From the UHGV virus genome UHGV-0114034: 31,989 nt of DNA; one strand, written 5' to 3'. The notes beneath the pieces were generated by a model. It ran no database searches. It saw only the letters and a list, made by a program, of their open reading frames with translations, and was not told the DNA's origin. This DNA comes from a virus. Made by a program: the position numbers and the translations under genes. This document shows, piece by piece, positions 16,608 through 26,592 of this stretch (position 1 is the first letter of the stretch; the number at the start of each line of letters is the position of its first letter).

Positions 16608-17044
16608 GCAGAGTAACCGCGATTATCTCCGCTCTGGTTATCTGCATCATCGTCTGTCTGTCATGGGCTGTTAATCATTACCGTGATAACGCCATTACCT
16701 ACAAAGCCCAGCGCGACAAAGCCACATCCATCATCGCTGACATGCAGAAGCGTCAACGTGATGTAGCAGAACTTGACGCCAGATACACAAAGGAGCTTGC
16801 TGATGCTAACGCTACTATCGAAAGTCTCCGTGCTGATGTTTCTGCTGGCCGTAAGCGGCTGCAGCTCAACGCAAACTGTCCCGCGAACGGAACGACCAGC
16901 ACCGGCGGCCTGGGCGATGTTACCGGCCCCCGACTTACTGACTCCGCTGAACGGGATTATTTCACCCTCAGAGAGCGAATCGTCACAGTGACGAAACAGG
17001 TTGGATATTTGCAGGAATACATCAAAGAGCAGTGTCTTAAGTGA
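16604..17044 (+). CDS. Rz: i-spanin Rz
   Basis: N-terminus [39 protein letters not shown] identical to lambda Rz as recalled; central region divergent. Confidence 0.85.
   Translation: MSRVTAIISALVICIIVCLSWAVNHYRDNAITYKAQRDKATSIIADMQKRQRDVAELDARYTKELADANATIESLRADVSAGRKRLQLNANCPANGTTSTGGLGDVTGPRLTDSAERDYFTLRERIVTVTKQVGYLQEYIKEQCLK
16803..16991 (+). CDS. Rz1: o-spanin Rz1 (lipoprotein embedded in +1 frame of Rz)
   Basis: [20 protein letters not shown] lipobox, proline-rich core, C-terminal [11 protein letters not shown] as in lambda Rz1. Confidence 0.7.
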   Translation: MLTLLSKVSVLMFLLAVSGCSSTQTVPRTERPAPAAWAMLPAPDLLTPLNGIISPSESESSQ

Positions 17045-17064
17045 TTCGTCACCCAAATAACAGA

Positions 17065-17090
17065 GCCTGACTTCGGTCGGGCTTTTTTAT
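17065..17090 (+). terminator. rho-independent terminator after lysis cassette
   Basis: GCCUGAC-UUCG-GUCGGGC hairpin followed by UUUUUUAUU. Confidence 0.6.
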
Positions 17091-17115
17091 TCCCAGAAGA
17101 AGCAGGAGAAGAAGC

Positions 17116-17316
17116 ATGTTAACAGTAAAAGTAATGTCGCCAGGTGGCGGTGAAGAGATTCATTGCGGGTTGAGTGTAGGGTTCAATCCGGGGCAGCAGA
17201 GCATCGCGGTATCGGGAATGGACAAAAATGTATTCCTGAAACCTGGCGAGGTCGCCTACGTGATGAACCAGAACGGGAAGACGGTATCTCGTTACGAGCA
17301 TAATGACCGCCAGTAG
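17116..17316 (+). CDS. small hypothetical protein (moron between lysis and packaging modules)
   Basis: 66-aa ORF with strong RBS AGGAGAAGAAGC-ATG just after the terminator; no recognisable motif. Confidence 0.5.
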   Translation: MLTVKVMSPGGGEEIHCGLSVGFNPGQQSIAVSGMDKNVFLKPGEVAYVMNQNGKTVSRYEHNDRQ

Positions 17317-17767
17317 CCATTCCAAAGCACATCTACGGGTGGGCTTGATAATGAAACCGTGATTTACACCCCACAATCCGGGTATGTAAAAGATAGTTCA
17401 GGCGAGAACAGATTTAACTAAATCTGTGCACCACCAGTTACGGCAGTACCACGAAGCAACCCAAGCCAGTAAGTGGGGAAATAACACTGGCAGCCACTGA
17501 AAGATGAACCTCCTGCCTTATGGCAAAAAAGATTCTTTGTGGTGGCGGACTGATGGAAAGACATCGGTTATTGCAGAGGCCATTCAATGAGTGGTCTCGA
17601 CAATGGCTTATACCCTGCACGGGATAACTTAACTGATATCCATTTTAACGGATAAATGGAGCCAACAATGGCAGAGATTATTCCCATGACTGAAGAACAG
17701 AAATTCCAGTTAGAGAATTACAAACTGGTCATGAACCAGAACGCCGTCGGGCGTGGAGGTTAGCCTG

Positions 17768-18118
17768 ATGCCTGCGTTAATACCGAGAGCATGCCGCAAG
17801 CGTGGCTGCCCTGGCACAACCACTGACCGCTCAGGCTATTGTGATAAACACCGCAATGAAGGCTGGCAACAGCATCAACGAGGTCAGAGCCGACAGCAAC
17901 GGGGATATGGTAGCAAATGGGATGTTCTAAGAGCCACCGTGCTTACTCGGGACAAACATTTGTGCCAGAACTGCAAGCGCAACAATCTGATCTCTCCCGC
18001 AAAGACCGTTGACCACATCATCGCTAAGGCCAATGGTGGCACGGACGACATGAGCAACCTCGAATCTCTTTGCTGGCCCTGTCATAGGTCGAAGACTGGC
18101 CGCGAACGGTTCAAATGA
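17768..18118 (+). CDS. HNH endonuclease (terminase-associated)
   Basis: Start at MPALIP (RBS GGAGG); HNH motif CQNCKRNN...DHIIAKANGGTDDMSNLESLCWPCH; upstream of terS as in HK97-like cos phages. Confidence 0.8.
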   Translation: MPALIPRACRKRGCPGTTTDRSGYCDKHRNEGWQQHQRGQSRQQRGYGSKWDVLRATVLTRDKHLCQNCKRNNLISPAKTVDHIIAKANGGTDDMSNLESLCWPCHRSKTGRERFK

Positions 18119-18315
18119 GAATCAATATCAAATATTTGATTTCAAATGCAATAATTTCATATTTAATGAAAACGATTATCATTTGCTGGGGGGCGGGTCA
18201 AAAGTTCAGACCCCATGCTGCTAAGGACCGCCGCCTAGCCTCTTTTCACATCGCCGCAGGTTAGAAAACTTTTTTATGGGGTCCCCCATTCGATGATTAA
18301 TAGGAGTTTTCGATT
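18119..18315 (+). other. probable cos/packaging recognition region
   Basis: Non-coding gap between HNH and terS: perfect palindrome TCAAATATTTGA (18128-18139), AT-rich block, then G-rich GGGGGGCGGGTC resembling the lambda cohesive-end sequence. Confidence 0.3.
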
Positions 18316-18789
18316 ATGTCTGGACCACCGAAAACCCCGACCCATCTACGTTTGGTAAGGGGTAACCCATCTAAACGCCCGATCAATGAGAACGAACCAA
18401 AACCCCCTTCAGGGGTACCCACAACGCCGAAGCATTTCGACAAGCAGGGGAAATACTGGTTTAAACGGATGGCCGACGAGCTTGATGCTATCGGTGTGAT
18501 GTCTCAGCTGGACGCCAGAGCCCTTGAGCTGCTGGTTGAGGCTTATACCGAATACCGGCATCACTGCGACACGCTTGAAGTTGAGGGCTACACCTACCGG
18601 ACCGAAACGCAGAGCGGGGATGTGCTGATCAAGGCTCATCCCGCCGCCATCATGAAAGCTGATGCCTGGAAACGTCTGCGCGCCATGCTTGGTGAGTTCG
18701 GCATGACGCCAGCCAGTCGCTCGAAAGTGAATGCAAAAGGCCCTGATGCGGTTGACCCGCTGGCCGAGTTTATGAAAGCGAGGGATTAA
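18316..18789 (+). CDS. terminase small subunit (P27/HK97 gp1-like)
   Basis: 157-aa ORF directly upstream of and overlapping the large terminase; family call by recall. Confidence 0.75.
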   Translation: MSGPPKTPTHLRLVRGNPSKRPINENEPKPPSGVPTTPKHFDKQGKYWFKRMADELDAIGVMSQLDARALELLVEAYTEYRHHCDTLEVEGYTYRTETQSGDVLIKAHPAAIMKADAWKRLRAMLGEFGMTPASRSKVNAKGPDAVDPLAEFMKARD

Positions 18790-20525
18790 TGGCTAAGGTT
18801 GCAGAAGGCATCCGCTACGCCGAGAGGGTGGTGGCGGGGGAAATTATTGCCTGTGAGTATGTGCGCCTTGCCTGTCAGCGTTTCCTTGACGATCTGGCAC
18901 ACGGCGAAGAGCGCGGTATTTTCTTCAGTGAGCCGCGCGCACAGCACATTCTGAATTTCTATAATTTTGTGCCTCACGTAAAAGGCGCGCTGGCAGGACA
19001 GCCTATTGAGCTGATGGACTGGCACGTTTTCATCCTGATTAATATTTTTGGTTTCGTTATCCCGCTGGTTAACGAAGAAACGGGAGAAACCGTCCTGCGT
19101 AATGACGGCAGCGGTCGTCCAGTAATGGTTAGGCGCTTTCGTACAGCAGATGTTGAGGTAGCCCGTAAAAATGCCAAATCAACGCTTTGCTCCGGCGTGG
19201 GGCTTTATATGGCTGGCGCCGACGGCGAGGGCGGTGCTGAGGTTTATTCCGCTGCAACCACCCGTGACCAGGCTCGAATTGTTTTTGAAGACGCGAAGAA
19301 TATGGTCAAAAAGGCGAAAGCCACGCTTGGGCGGATCTTCGAATTCAACAAGCTCGCTATCTACCAGGAGCAAACGGCCTCCAAGTTCGAGCCATTATCA
19401 TCAGATGCGAACAACCTCGATGGTCTGAACATCCACTGCGCTATCGTAGACGAGCTGCATGCTCACAAAACCCGTGACGTCTGGGACGTTCTGGAGACGG
19501 CAACCGGTGCGCGTCTGCAATCGCTGCTTTTCGGTATCACCACCGCCGGTTTCAACAAAGAAGGCATCTGCTACGAATTGCGTGATTACGCCATCAAGGT
19601 GCTGCGTGGGCTGGTAAAAGACGATACGTTTTTTGCCATTATCTACACCTTAGATGAAGGTGACGATCCATTTGATGAAAAAGTCTGGCAGAAGGCGAAT
19701 CCGGGGCTGGGTATCTGTAAGCGCTGGGATGACCTGCGCCGCCTGGCTAAAAAGGCGAAAGAGCAAGTTTCGGCCAGAATTAACTTTTTCACCAAGCACA
19801 TGAATATCTGGGTTACCGCTGAGTCAGCCTGGATGGACATGATGAAATGGGAGAAATGCGAGTTTATCGCCCCGCAGCACGAACTTAAAACCTATCCCTC
19901 CTGGGTGGGCGTTGACCTGTCAAACAAAATTGATATCTGTGCGGCCGCTAAAGTCTGGCGGGCGCCAGATGGCCACGTTCATGCGGATTTCAAATTCTGG
20001 CTACCGGAAGGACGCCTTGAGAAATGTTCACGCCAGATGGCAGAGCTCTATCGTAAGTGGGCCGGGATGGACAAGCTGATCCTTACCGACGGTGATGTAA
20101 TCGACCATGCTCAGATTAAGGAAGAGCTACAGCTGTGGGTTGCTGGCGAGAGCATGAAAGAAATTGGCTTCGACCCGTGGAGTGCGACGCAGTTCAGCCT
20201 TGCGCTGGCAGAAGAAGGGTTGCCGCTGGTGGAAGTGCCGCAGACGGTTCGCAATTTCTCTGAGGCGATGAAAGAGGTCGAAGCGCTGGTATACGGTGGC
20301 CGCTTCCATCACAGCGATCACCCGGTGATGAACTGGATGATGTCCAACGTAACCGTCAAACCTGACCGGAACGAGAACATTTTCCCGAATAAGTCCACAC
20401 CAGAGGCCAAAATTGATGGCCCTGCGGCCTTGTTCACAGCAATGAGCCGCGTTCTGGTTAACGGTGGCAACGACCAGCAGGATCTCTCCGGATTCTTCAA
20501 TAATCCCATCATGGTAGGTTTCTGA
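18789..20525 (+). CDS. terminase large subunit (HK97 gp2-like)
   Basis: 578-aa ORF with ATPase and nuclease regions in the position expected for TerL. Confidence 0.85.
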   Translation: MAKVAEGIRYAERVVAGEIIACEYVRLACQRFLDDLAHGEERGIFFSEPRAQHILNFYNFVPHVKGALAGQPIELMDWHVFILINIFGFVIPLVNEETGETVLRNDGSGRPVMVRRFRTADVEVARKNAKSTLCSGVGLYMAGADGEGGAEVYSAATTRDQARIVFEDAKNMVKKAKATLGRIFEFNKLAIYQEQTASKFEPLSSDANNLDGLNIHCAIVDELHAHKTRDVWDVLETATGARLQSLLFGITTAGFNKEGICYELRDYAIKVLRGLVKDDTFFAIIYTLDEGDDPFDEKVWQKANPGLGICKRWDDLRRLAKKAKEQVSARINFFTKHMNIWVTAESAWMDMMKWEKCEFIAPQHELKTYPSWVGVDLSNKIDICAAAKVWRAPDGHVHADFKFWLPEGRLEKCSRQMAELYRKWAGMDKLILTDGDVIDHAQIKEELQLWVAGESMKEIGFDPWSATQFSLALAEEGLPLVEVPQTVRNFSEAMKEVEALVYGGRFHHSDHPVMNWMMSNVTVKPDRNENIFPNKSTPEAKIDGPAALFTAMSRVLVNGGNDQQDLSGFFNNPIMVGF

Positions 20526-21829
20526 TGAAAAAAAACAAACAGCCAGGCAGGGTGAAAAGCGCTCTGCTTAACTGGCTTGGTGTGCCTATCAGCCTGACTA
20601 CCGGCACGTTTTGGGAGGAATGGTTTGGTACCAGCAGCAGCGGAAAGGTGGTCACGGCCGATAAAGCCATCCAGCTATCGGCTGTATGGGCATGCGTAAG
20701 GCTGTTAAGCGAGTCTATTTCAACCCTTCCGCTGAAAATATACGTTCGACAGCCTGACGGTTCGCGTAAAGCGGCAACAGATCATCCGGCTTATTCGATA
20801 CTGTGCCGCCGACCCAATTCAGAAATGACACCATCACGCTTTATGTTGATGGTGGTCGCCAGTATTTGCCTACGCGGTAATGCCTTTGTCGAGAAGCTGT
20901 TTATCGGCAATAAGCTGGTTTCTCTGGTGCCATTGATGCCCCAGAACATGGTAGTAAAGCGGCTGGATACCGGGAGGCTGGAATACACCTACACCGAGGA
21001 CGGCAAAAAACGAGTTATTCCCGAAAAGAACCTGATGCACATCCGGGGATTTGGCCTTGATGGTGTCTGCGGCATGATGCCAATGATGACAGGTCGTGAC
21101 GTGATCGGCGCGGCGATGGCCGTCGAAGAATCCGCTGCAAAGATTTTCGAAAATGGCCTGCAAAGCTCCGGGTTTCTTTCAGCTGACGTGGCGCTTGATA
21201 AGGATCAAAGAGAGCGACTTCGGGGCTATATGCAGGCCTTTACCGGTTCTAAAAACGCCGGAAAAATTATGGTTCTTGAGGGCGGGCTGAAATATCAGAA
21301 CGTCACTATGAACCCGGAAGCAGCGCAGATGCTTGAGTCGCGGTCGTTCAGCATCGAGGAAATCTGCAGATGGTTCCGCGTACCGCCATTTATGGTCGGC
21401 CACACATCGAAACAGAGCAGCTGGGCATCGAGTCTTGAGGGTATGAACCTCCAGTTCCTGACGCACACCCTGCGCCCCCTGCTGGTGAACATAGAGCAGG
21501 AAATAGGACGGTGCCTGCTGGACAGCGATGATGAGGTTTTCGCGGAGTTCTCTGTAGAAGGACTGCTGCGCGCCGACAGCGCGGGCCGTGCTGCGTACTA
21601 TACCAGTGCGCTCCAGAATGGGTGGATGTCCCGCAATGACGTGCGCCGTCTTGAGAATATGCCACCGATTGAAGGGGGTGACATTTACACCGTTCAGCTC
21701 AACCTGACGCAACTGAAAAATCTCGAAAGCAGCAATCCTGCTGTTCAGGCTCTGGCCCTGAGAGAACTGCATAACCACGTATTCCCCGATATTTCCTTTG
21801 AACAATCTCCGCTGAAACAGGCCGCTTAG
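20525..21829 (+). CDS. portal protein (HK97 family)
   Basis: 434-aa ORF after TerL with ATGA overlap. Confidence 0.85.
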   Translation: MKKNKQPGRVKSALLNWLGVPISLTTGTFWEEWFGTSSSGKVVTADKAIQLSAVWACVRLLSESISTLPLKIYVRQPDGSRKAATDHPAYSILCRRPNSEMTPSRFMLMVVASICLRGNAFVEKLFIGNKLVSLVPLMPQNMVVKRLDTGRLEYTYTEDGKKRVIPEKNLMHIRGFGLDGVCGMMPMMTGRDVIGAAMAVEESAAKIFENGLQSSGFLSADVALDKDQRERLRGYMQAFTGSKNAGKIMVLEGGLKYQNVTMNPEAAQMLESRSFSIEEICRWFRVPPFMVGHTSKQSSWASSLEGMNLQFLTHTLRPLLVNIEQEIGRCLLDSDDEVFAEFSVEGLLRADSAGRAAYYTSALQNGWMSRNDVRRLENMPPIEGGDIYTVQLNLTQLKNLESSNPAVQALALRELHNHVFPDISFEQSPLKQAA

Positions 21830-21842
21830 GAGCACTTTCCTG

Positions 21843-22697
21843 ATGAGCAAAAAACAACTTCCGGTAGCACCGGCGGGTCGCCCCTGCGCGCGCGTTACCT
21901 GTGAACCATTACCGTCCGCACTGGACCGCTGGGACGGCGGGATCAAAGCTGCGGCCACCGACGACAACAGTATTTCTGTTTTTGATGTGATCGGGCAGGA
22001 CTACTGGGGTGAAGGCGTAACAGCCAAACGTATCGCCGGTGCGCTTCGGGCGATGAATGGCGCCGACGTCACGGTCAATATTAACTCCCCTGGCGGGGAC
22101 ATGTTCGAAGGCCTGGCCATCTACAACCTTCTGCGTGAATACGAAGGCCGTGTGACTGTGAAGGTGCTCGGTATTGCCGCCAGCGCCGCCTCGGTCATTG
22201 CGATGGCCGGGGATGAAATTCAGATCGGCCGTGGTGCCTTCCTGATGATCCACAACTGCTGGGTCTACGCGATGGGTAACCGCCATGACTTTGCGGAACT
22301 GGCACAGTCTCTTGAGCCGTTCGATACCGCTATGGCAGACATCTACGCGGCGCGTTCCGGCCTTGATATGGCAGCCGTTCAGAAACTGATGGACGCCGAG
22401 AGTTATATCGGTGGCAGTGACGCTGTGGCGAAGGGACTGGCAGACAGCCTGCTTTCTGCTGATGCAGTCAGTGATGGCGATGAATCACCTGCGGCCGCGA
22501 TTCGCAAACTTGATGCGCTGCTGGCTAAAACCAACACCCCGCGCTCTGAGCGCAGAAAACTCATTAAAGCCTTATCCGGGAGCAAGCCAGGCGCTGCTTC
22601 TGACCAAAAAGGCACGCCGAGCGCTGCCACCATCGAAAACGAAACCATTGACCGACTGGAAGCCGCACTCAGCGGCCTGAAAGCGGCTGCCCAGTAA
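21843..22697 (+). CDS. prohead protease (ClpP-like S14 family)
   Basis: TVNINSPGGDMFEGLAIYN...IAASAASVIAMAG ClpP-type motifs. Confidence 0.8.
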   Translation: MSKKQLPVAPAGRPCARVTCEPLPSALDRWDGGIKAAATDDNSISVFDVIGQDYWGEGVTAKRIAGALRAMNGADVTVNINSPGGDMFEGLAIYNLLREYEGRVTVKVLGIAASAASVIAMAGDEIQIGRGAFLMIHNCWVYAMGNRHDFAELAQSLEPFDTAMADIYAARSGLDMAAVQKLMDAESYIGGSDAVAKGLADSLLSADAVSDGDESPAAAIRKLDALLAKTNTPRSERRKLIKALSGSKPGAASDQKGTPSAATIENETIDRLEAALSGLKAAAQ

Positions 22698-22709
22698 AAC
22701 GGAGATATT

Positions 22710-23930
22710 ATGTCTGATGTAAATGAGATCCTGAAAAAAGTCAGCGCCAGCATTGAAGAGGCGACCGGAAAATTCAACGCGAAAGCAGAAGACGCACTCA
22801 AAGAGGCGCAGAAGTCAGGCAGGCTGTCAGAAGAAACAAAAGCTGCCGTTGATAAAATGGCTTCTGAGTTCAATGCGCTGCGTGAAGCTGAAAAAACCCT
22901 GAAGGCCGCAATGGGCGAACTGGAGCAACATGTTGCCCAGATGCCGCTGGCCAACGCTGCAAATGTGATCGAGACCGTTGGCCAGACCGTCATCAGCAGC
23001 GAAGCACTGAAAGCATTCGCGGCAAGCGTGGAAGGCGGTAAGCGCGTCAGCGTACCGGTGAACGCCGCGCTTATTTCCACGGATGTCGTCACCGGCGTGG
23101 TTGAACCGCAGCGTCTTCCGGGTATCGACACCGCTCCGAAACAGCGCCTTTTCATCCGCGATCTGATCGCGCCTGGCCGCACCTCAGCACCGGCCATCTT
23201 CTGGGTGCAGCAAACCGGCTTCACCAATGCGGCGAAAGTTGTGCCGGAAGGCACCGCCAAGCCGTACAGCGATATCCAGTTCGCCACGCAGATCACGCCG
23301 GTCACCACCATCGCGCACATGTTCAAGGCGTCCAAACAGATTCTGGATGACTTCGCGCAGCTGCAGTCCACTATCGACGCCGAGATGCGTTACGGACTGA
23401 AGTATGTGGAAGAACAGGAAATTCTCTTTGGCGACGGTACCGGTGCGCACCTGAAAGGCATCGTTCCGCAGGCCTCGGCATACGATGCTGCGTTCGCCGT
23501 AGAACAACAGAACGGCATCGACGATCTGCGCCTCGCAATGCTGCAGGCTCAGCTGGCACGCTTCCCGGCTTCCGGCCACGTCCTGCACTTCATCGACTGG
23601 GCGAAGATTGAACTCACCAAAGACACGCTGGGCCGCTATATCCTGGCGAACCCAGCGGCCCTGACTGGCCCTACCCTTTGGGGCCTGCCGGTGGTAGCAA
23701 CCGAAGCCGCAGCATTCCAGGGCAAGTTCCTGACCGGTGCATTCAACGCTGCGGCACAGCTGTTTGACCGTGAAGACGCCAACGTGGTGATCTCCACTGA
23801 GAACGCCGACGACTTTGAGAAAAACATGATCTCGATTCGCTGCGAAGAGCGTCTGGCCCTGGCGGTGAAACGCCCTGAGGCGTTCATCTACGGCTCCTTC
23901 ACTGCGCCTTCAGCAGGTGGCGGCGCGTAA
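22710..23930 (+). CDS. major capsid protein (HK97 fold, with N-terminal delta/scaffold domain)
   Basis: 406-aa ORF after protease; coiled-coil N-terminus then capsid-like body; terminator follows. Confidence 0.8.
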   Translation: MSDVNEILKKVSASIEEATGKFNAKAEDALKEAQKSGRLSEETKAAVDKMASEFNALREAEKTLKAAMGELEQHVAQMPLANAANVIETVGQTVISSEALKAFAASVEGGKRVSVPVNAALISTDVVTGVVEPQRLPGIDTAPKQRLFIRDLIAPGRTSAPAIFWVQQTGFTNAAKVVPEGTAKPYSDIQFATQITPVTTIAHMFKASKQILDDFAQLQSTIDAEMRYGLKYVEEQEILFGDGTGAHLKGIVPQASAYDAAFAVEQQNGIDDLRLAMLQAQLARFPASGHVLHFIDWAKIELTKDTLGRYILANPAALTGPTLWGLPVVATEAAAFQGKFLTGAFNAAAQLFDREDANVVISTENADDFEKNMISIRCEERLALAVKRPEAFIYGSFTAPSAGGGA

Positions 23931-23937
23931 TCCTTAA

Positions 23938-23968
23938 CGGCGGCCTGCGGGCCGCTTTTCTTTTTTTC
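23938..23968 (+). terminator. rho-independent terminator after capsid gene
   Basis: GCGGCC-UGCG-GGCCGC hairpin then U-rich tract. Confidence 0.5.
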
Positions 23969-23983
23969 TTTAAGGAGAAAGTC

Positions 23984-24184
23984 ATGAAGCTGATTGCTAT
24001 CAAGCCCATCTACTTTGAAGGCAACGTGCTTACTGAAGGTACTGAGTTCGAAACGCTGGAACAGCATGGTCGCGAGCTCATCAAAAAAGGCTATGCGATG
24101 CTCGATGAATCAGAAAATCCTGCAACGCAGGAACACCAGCAGAAACAGCCGGAATTAAAAGCGGAAAATAAGGCGAAAAAATAA
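23984..24184 (+). CDS. hypothetical head-module protein
   Basis: 66-aa ORF with RBS AAGGAGAAAG. Confidence 0.4.
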   Translation: MKLIAIKPIYFEGNVLTEGTEFETLEQHGRELIKKGYAMLDESENPATQEHQQKQPELKAENKAKK

Positions 24185-24510
24185 TGGTCGATCTTGATGT
24201 GGTGAAACAGCACTGCCGCATTGATACCGATTTTTCCGGAGACGATGCCCTGCTGACTTTATACACCGGCGCGGCGGAGCGTTACGTCCAGACATGGACA
24301 AGGCGAACGCTCTATGAAAACCAAAACTCCACTGGCTACGCAGACGACCCGGACCCGATTCTACTGAATGATGATGTTAAAGCGGCCATGTTATTGCTGA
24401 TAGGTCACTGGTATGCCAACAGAGAATCAGTTGCCGTCGGTCAGACCGTTGCAGAGGTCCCGTTTGCAGTTGAAGCGTTGCTGCAGCCGTATCGAATTTA
24501 CGGGGTGTAA
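24184..24510 (+). CDS. head-tail connector protein (gp6-like)
   Basis: 108 aa; size, position and acidic N-terminus typical of gp6-like connector proteins. Confidence 0.55.
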   Translation: MVDLDVVKQHCRIDTDFSGDDALLTLYTGAAERYVQTWTRRTLYENQNSTGYADDPDPILLNDDVKAAMLLLIGHWYANRESVAVGQTVAEVPFAVEALLQPYRIYGV

Positions 24511-24573
24511 TTATGTCTTGTTCTGGATGCGCGCAACGGCGCGAGTGGATAAAAAAGTGGGCAAAAATAGCTT

Positions 24574-24771
24574 ATGAACGAGCAACTGGTAAACGAACTG
24601 ATAGCAGTGATACGGGAACAAATCACAGCGCAGAGGGAGCAGACGGAAGCGATAAGCCGTCTGGCTGAATCAAATATGGCGCTTTGCGATATCATTATCC
24701 AGTCGCTGGCTGGTGAACTAGATGAAACTGCAGAGCAACAAACCTATCTGAGCGGTAAACCCAGGGGGTAA
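24574..24771 (+). CDS. hypothetical protein (start uncertain; alternative ORF from 24513)
   Basis: 65-aa ORF from track; an overlapping 51-aa ORF starting at 24513 has a better-placed RBS. Confidence 0.3.
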   Translation: MNEQLVNELIAVIREQITAQREQTEAISRLAESNMALCDIIIQSLAGELDETAEQQTYLSGKPRG

Positions 24772-24772
24772 C

Positions 24773-25105
24773 ATGCAGGCCGGGAAATTGTGCCACAGGA
24801 TTACTCTGCAGGAGCCAGTAAAAGTGCAGAACCCGACAACGGGAGCCGTAATTAATGCCTGGCGAGATGTTGCGACTGTCTGGGCCGAAGTTTCACCATT
24901 GTCAGCACGTGAATTTATTGCTGCGCAGGCTTCTCAGGGTGAAATAACCACCCGTATTGTTATTCGCTACCGTGCCGGAGTTACCAGAAAACATCGCATC
25001 TTGTTTCGTGGTGCTGTGTATAACATCCATGGTGTTCTGCCCGATCCAAAAAGCGGACGTGAATACCTGACGCTTCCCTGTTCTGAGGGTGTTAATGATG
25101 GCTGA
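24773..25105 (+). CDS. head closure / head-tail adaptor protein
   Basis: 110-aa ORF in canonical position; resembles SPP1 gp16-type head-tail adaptors by recall. Confidence 0.55.
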   Translation: MQAGKLCHRITLQEPVKVQNPTTGAVINAWRDVATVWAEVSPLSAREFIAAQASQGEITTRIVIRYRAGVTRKHRILFRGAVYNIHGVLPDPKSGREYLTLPCSEGVNDG

Positions 25106-25637
25106 TAGTGTTGAGGTAAGTCTTACCGGGCTTGAATCACTTCTTGGGAAAATGGAGGCCGTATCAGAAGTCACCCGTAATAAAGCCGGTCGGTTTGCAT
25201 TGCGTAAGGCGGCAAACATTATAAGGGATCGGGCCAGAAGCAACGCGTCACGAGTTGATGATCCTCTGACTAAAGAAGCAATCCACAAAAATATCGTCGC
25301 CAGCTTCAGCAGCAAGCAATTCCGCAGGACAGGTGATCTGGCATTCCGTGTCGGGGTAATGGGCGGTGCCAGGCAGTATGCAAATACAAAGGCAAACGTC
25401 AGAAAAGGCAGAGCGGGTAAAACATACAAAACCTCAGGAGATAAAGGCAATCCAGGAGGAGATACCTGGTACTGGCGTTTTCTTGAGTTTGGTACTGAGC
25501 ACACATCAGCGCGGCCTATCCTCCGACCTGCAATGAACGGCGTAGATAATGACGTGATTAATGTTTTTTCTACGGAAATGGGAAAGGCTATTGATCGCGC
25601 TATCAGGCTGGCCACGAAGAAAGGAACCACTGCATGA
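25089..25637 (+). CDS. HK97 gp10-family tail-component protein
   Basis: 182-aa ORF; position and motifs consistent with HK97 gp10 family; start ambiguous among MLMM. Confidence 0.55.
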   Translation: MLMMADSVEVSLTGLESLLGKMEAVSEVTRNKAGRFALRKAANIIRDRARSNASRVDDPLTKEAIHKNIVASFSSKQFRRTGDLAFRVGVMGGARQYANTKANVRKGRAGKTYKTSGDKGNPGGDTWYWRFLEFGTEHTSARPILRPAMNGVDNDVINVFSTEMGKAIDRAIRLATKKGTTA

Positions 25638-25999
25638 TTGCCCCTATTTTTTCTGTTTGCGCGTCGAGTCATGAAGTCACTGACTTACTCGGAAGCAATC
25701 CGGTAAGAATTTATCCTTTCGGAATTCAGGACGACAACGTGGTCTATCCCTATGTGGTCTGGCAGAACATCACCGGTTCTCCAGAGAACTACATTGCCCA
25801 GCGCCCTGACGCAGACTTTTTCACGCTGCAGGTGGATGCATATGCCGACACCGTGGATGAAGTGATTGCCGTGGCTACTGCGCTGCGGGATGCCATTGAG
25901 CCGCACGCGCATATCACGCGCTGGGGCGGACAGGAAAGAGACCCCGAAACAAAGCGCTATCGCTACTCATTCGATGTTGACTGGATAGTCACTCGATAA
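25634..25999 (+). CDS. tail completion/terminator protein (DUF3168-like)
   Basis: 121-aa ORF immediately before the major tail protein gene. Confidence 0.5.
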   Translation: MIAPIFSVCASSHEVTDLLGSNPVRIYPFGIQDDNVVYPYVVWQNITGSPENYIAQRPDADFFTLQVDAYADTVDEVIAVATALRDAIEPHAHITRWGGQERDPETKRYRYSFDVDWIVTR

Positions 26000-26015
26000 A
26001 CGTATTATTCAACCA

Positions 26016-26038
26016 CCGGCCTTGAGCCGGTTTTTTTA
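26016..26038 (+). terminator. rho-independent terminator before major tail gene
   Basis: CCGGC-CUUGA-GCCGG hairpin then UUUUUUUAU. Confidence 0.5.
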
Positions 26039-26053
26039 TGACCGGAGATAACA

Positions 26054-26554
26054 ATGTCTGTATTGACGCAAGGTACGCAGCTCTTTGTGCTCGTAAAAGG
26101 CGAGGTGAGCGAAGTTGAATGTATCACTGCATTTTCACCCGGCAGCAATCCGGCTGACCAGATTGAAGACACCTGTCTTTCTGAACGCTTTGATCGCAGC
26201 TATAAGCGTGGTCTTCGAACGCCTGGCACAGCATCACTGACGCTTAACGCTGATCCTAAAAATACCAGCCACATCATGCTCTACAACCTGTCCATTTCGG
26301 ACGACGAAGAGGATCAGGACCTGACCTTCGCGATTGGATGGTCAGACGGAACCGCATCGCCAACTGCGGCTGAAAATGGTGCATCCGGTGCAGTCGATGG
26401 CCTGGTGCTACCTGATAGCCGCACATGGTTCGTATTCAAAGGCTATGTGTCCGACTTCCCGTTTGATTTTGCAGCAAACACGGTTGTTTCTACTTCTGCA
26501 TCTATCCAGCGCTCCGGCTCTGCTGTATGGGTGCCAAAAGTCGTGACCCCATAA
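26054..26554 (+). CDS. major tail tube protein
   Basis: 166-aa ORF upstream of the G/GT chaperone pair and tape measure. Confidence 0.7.
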   Translation: MSVLTQGTQLFVLVKGEVSEVECITAFSPGSNPADQIEDTCLSERFDRSYKRGLRTPGTASLTLNADPKNTSHIMLYNLSISDDEEDQDLTFAIGWSDGTASPTAAENGASGAVDGLVLPDSRTWFVFKGYVSDFPFDFAANTVVSTSASIQRSGSAVWVPKVVTP

Positions 26555-26592
26555 AATCAGGGCGGCAACGCCCTTATTAATCAGGATTAATA

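Noticed and set aside
21179-21967. 262-aa minus-strand ORF
   Set aside because: Lies antisense within the portal and protease genes; Arg/Ala-rich composition typical of a GC-rich antisense frame; no RBS context.
22403-23371. 322-aa minus-strand ORF
   Set aside because: Antisense to the protease and major capsid genes; low-complexity Ala/Ser-rich translation; the sense-strand genes are strongly supported.
24902-25672. 256-aa minus-strand ORF
   Set aside because: Antisense to the head closure and gp10-like genes, which fit the conserved late-operon order.
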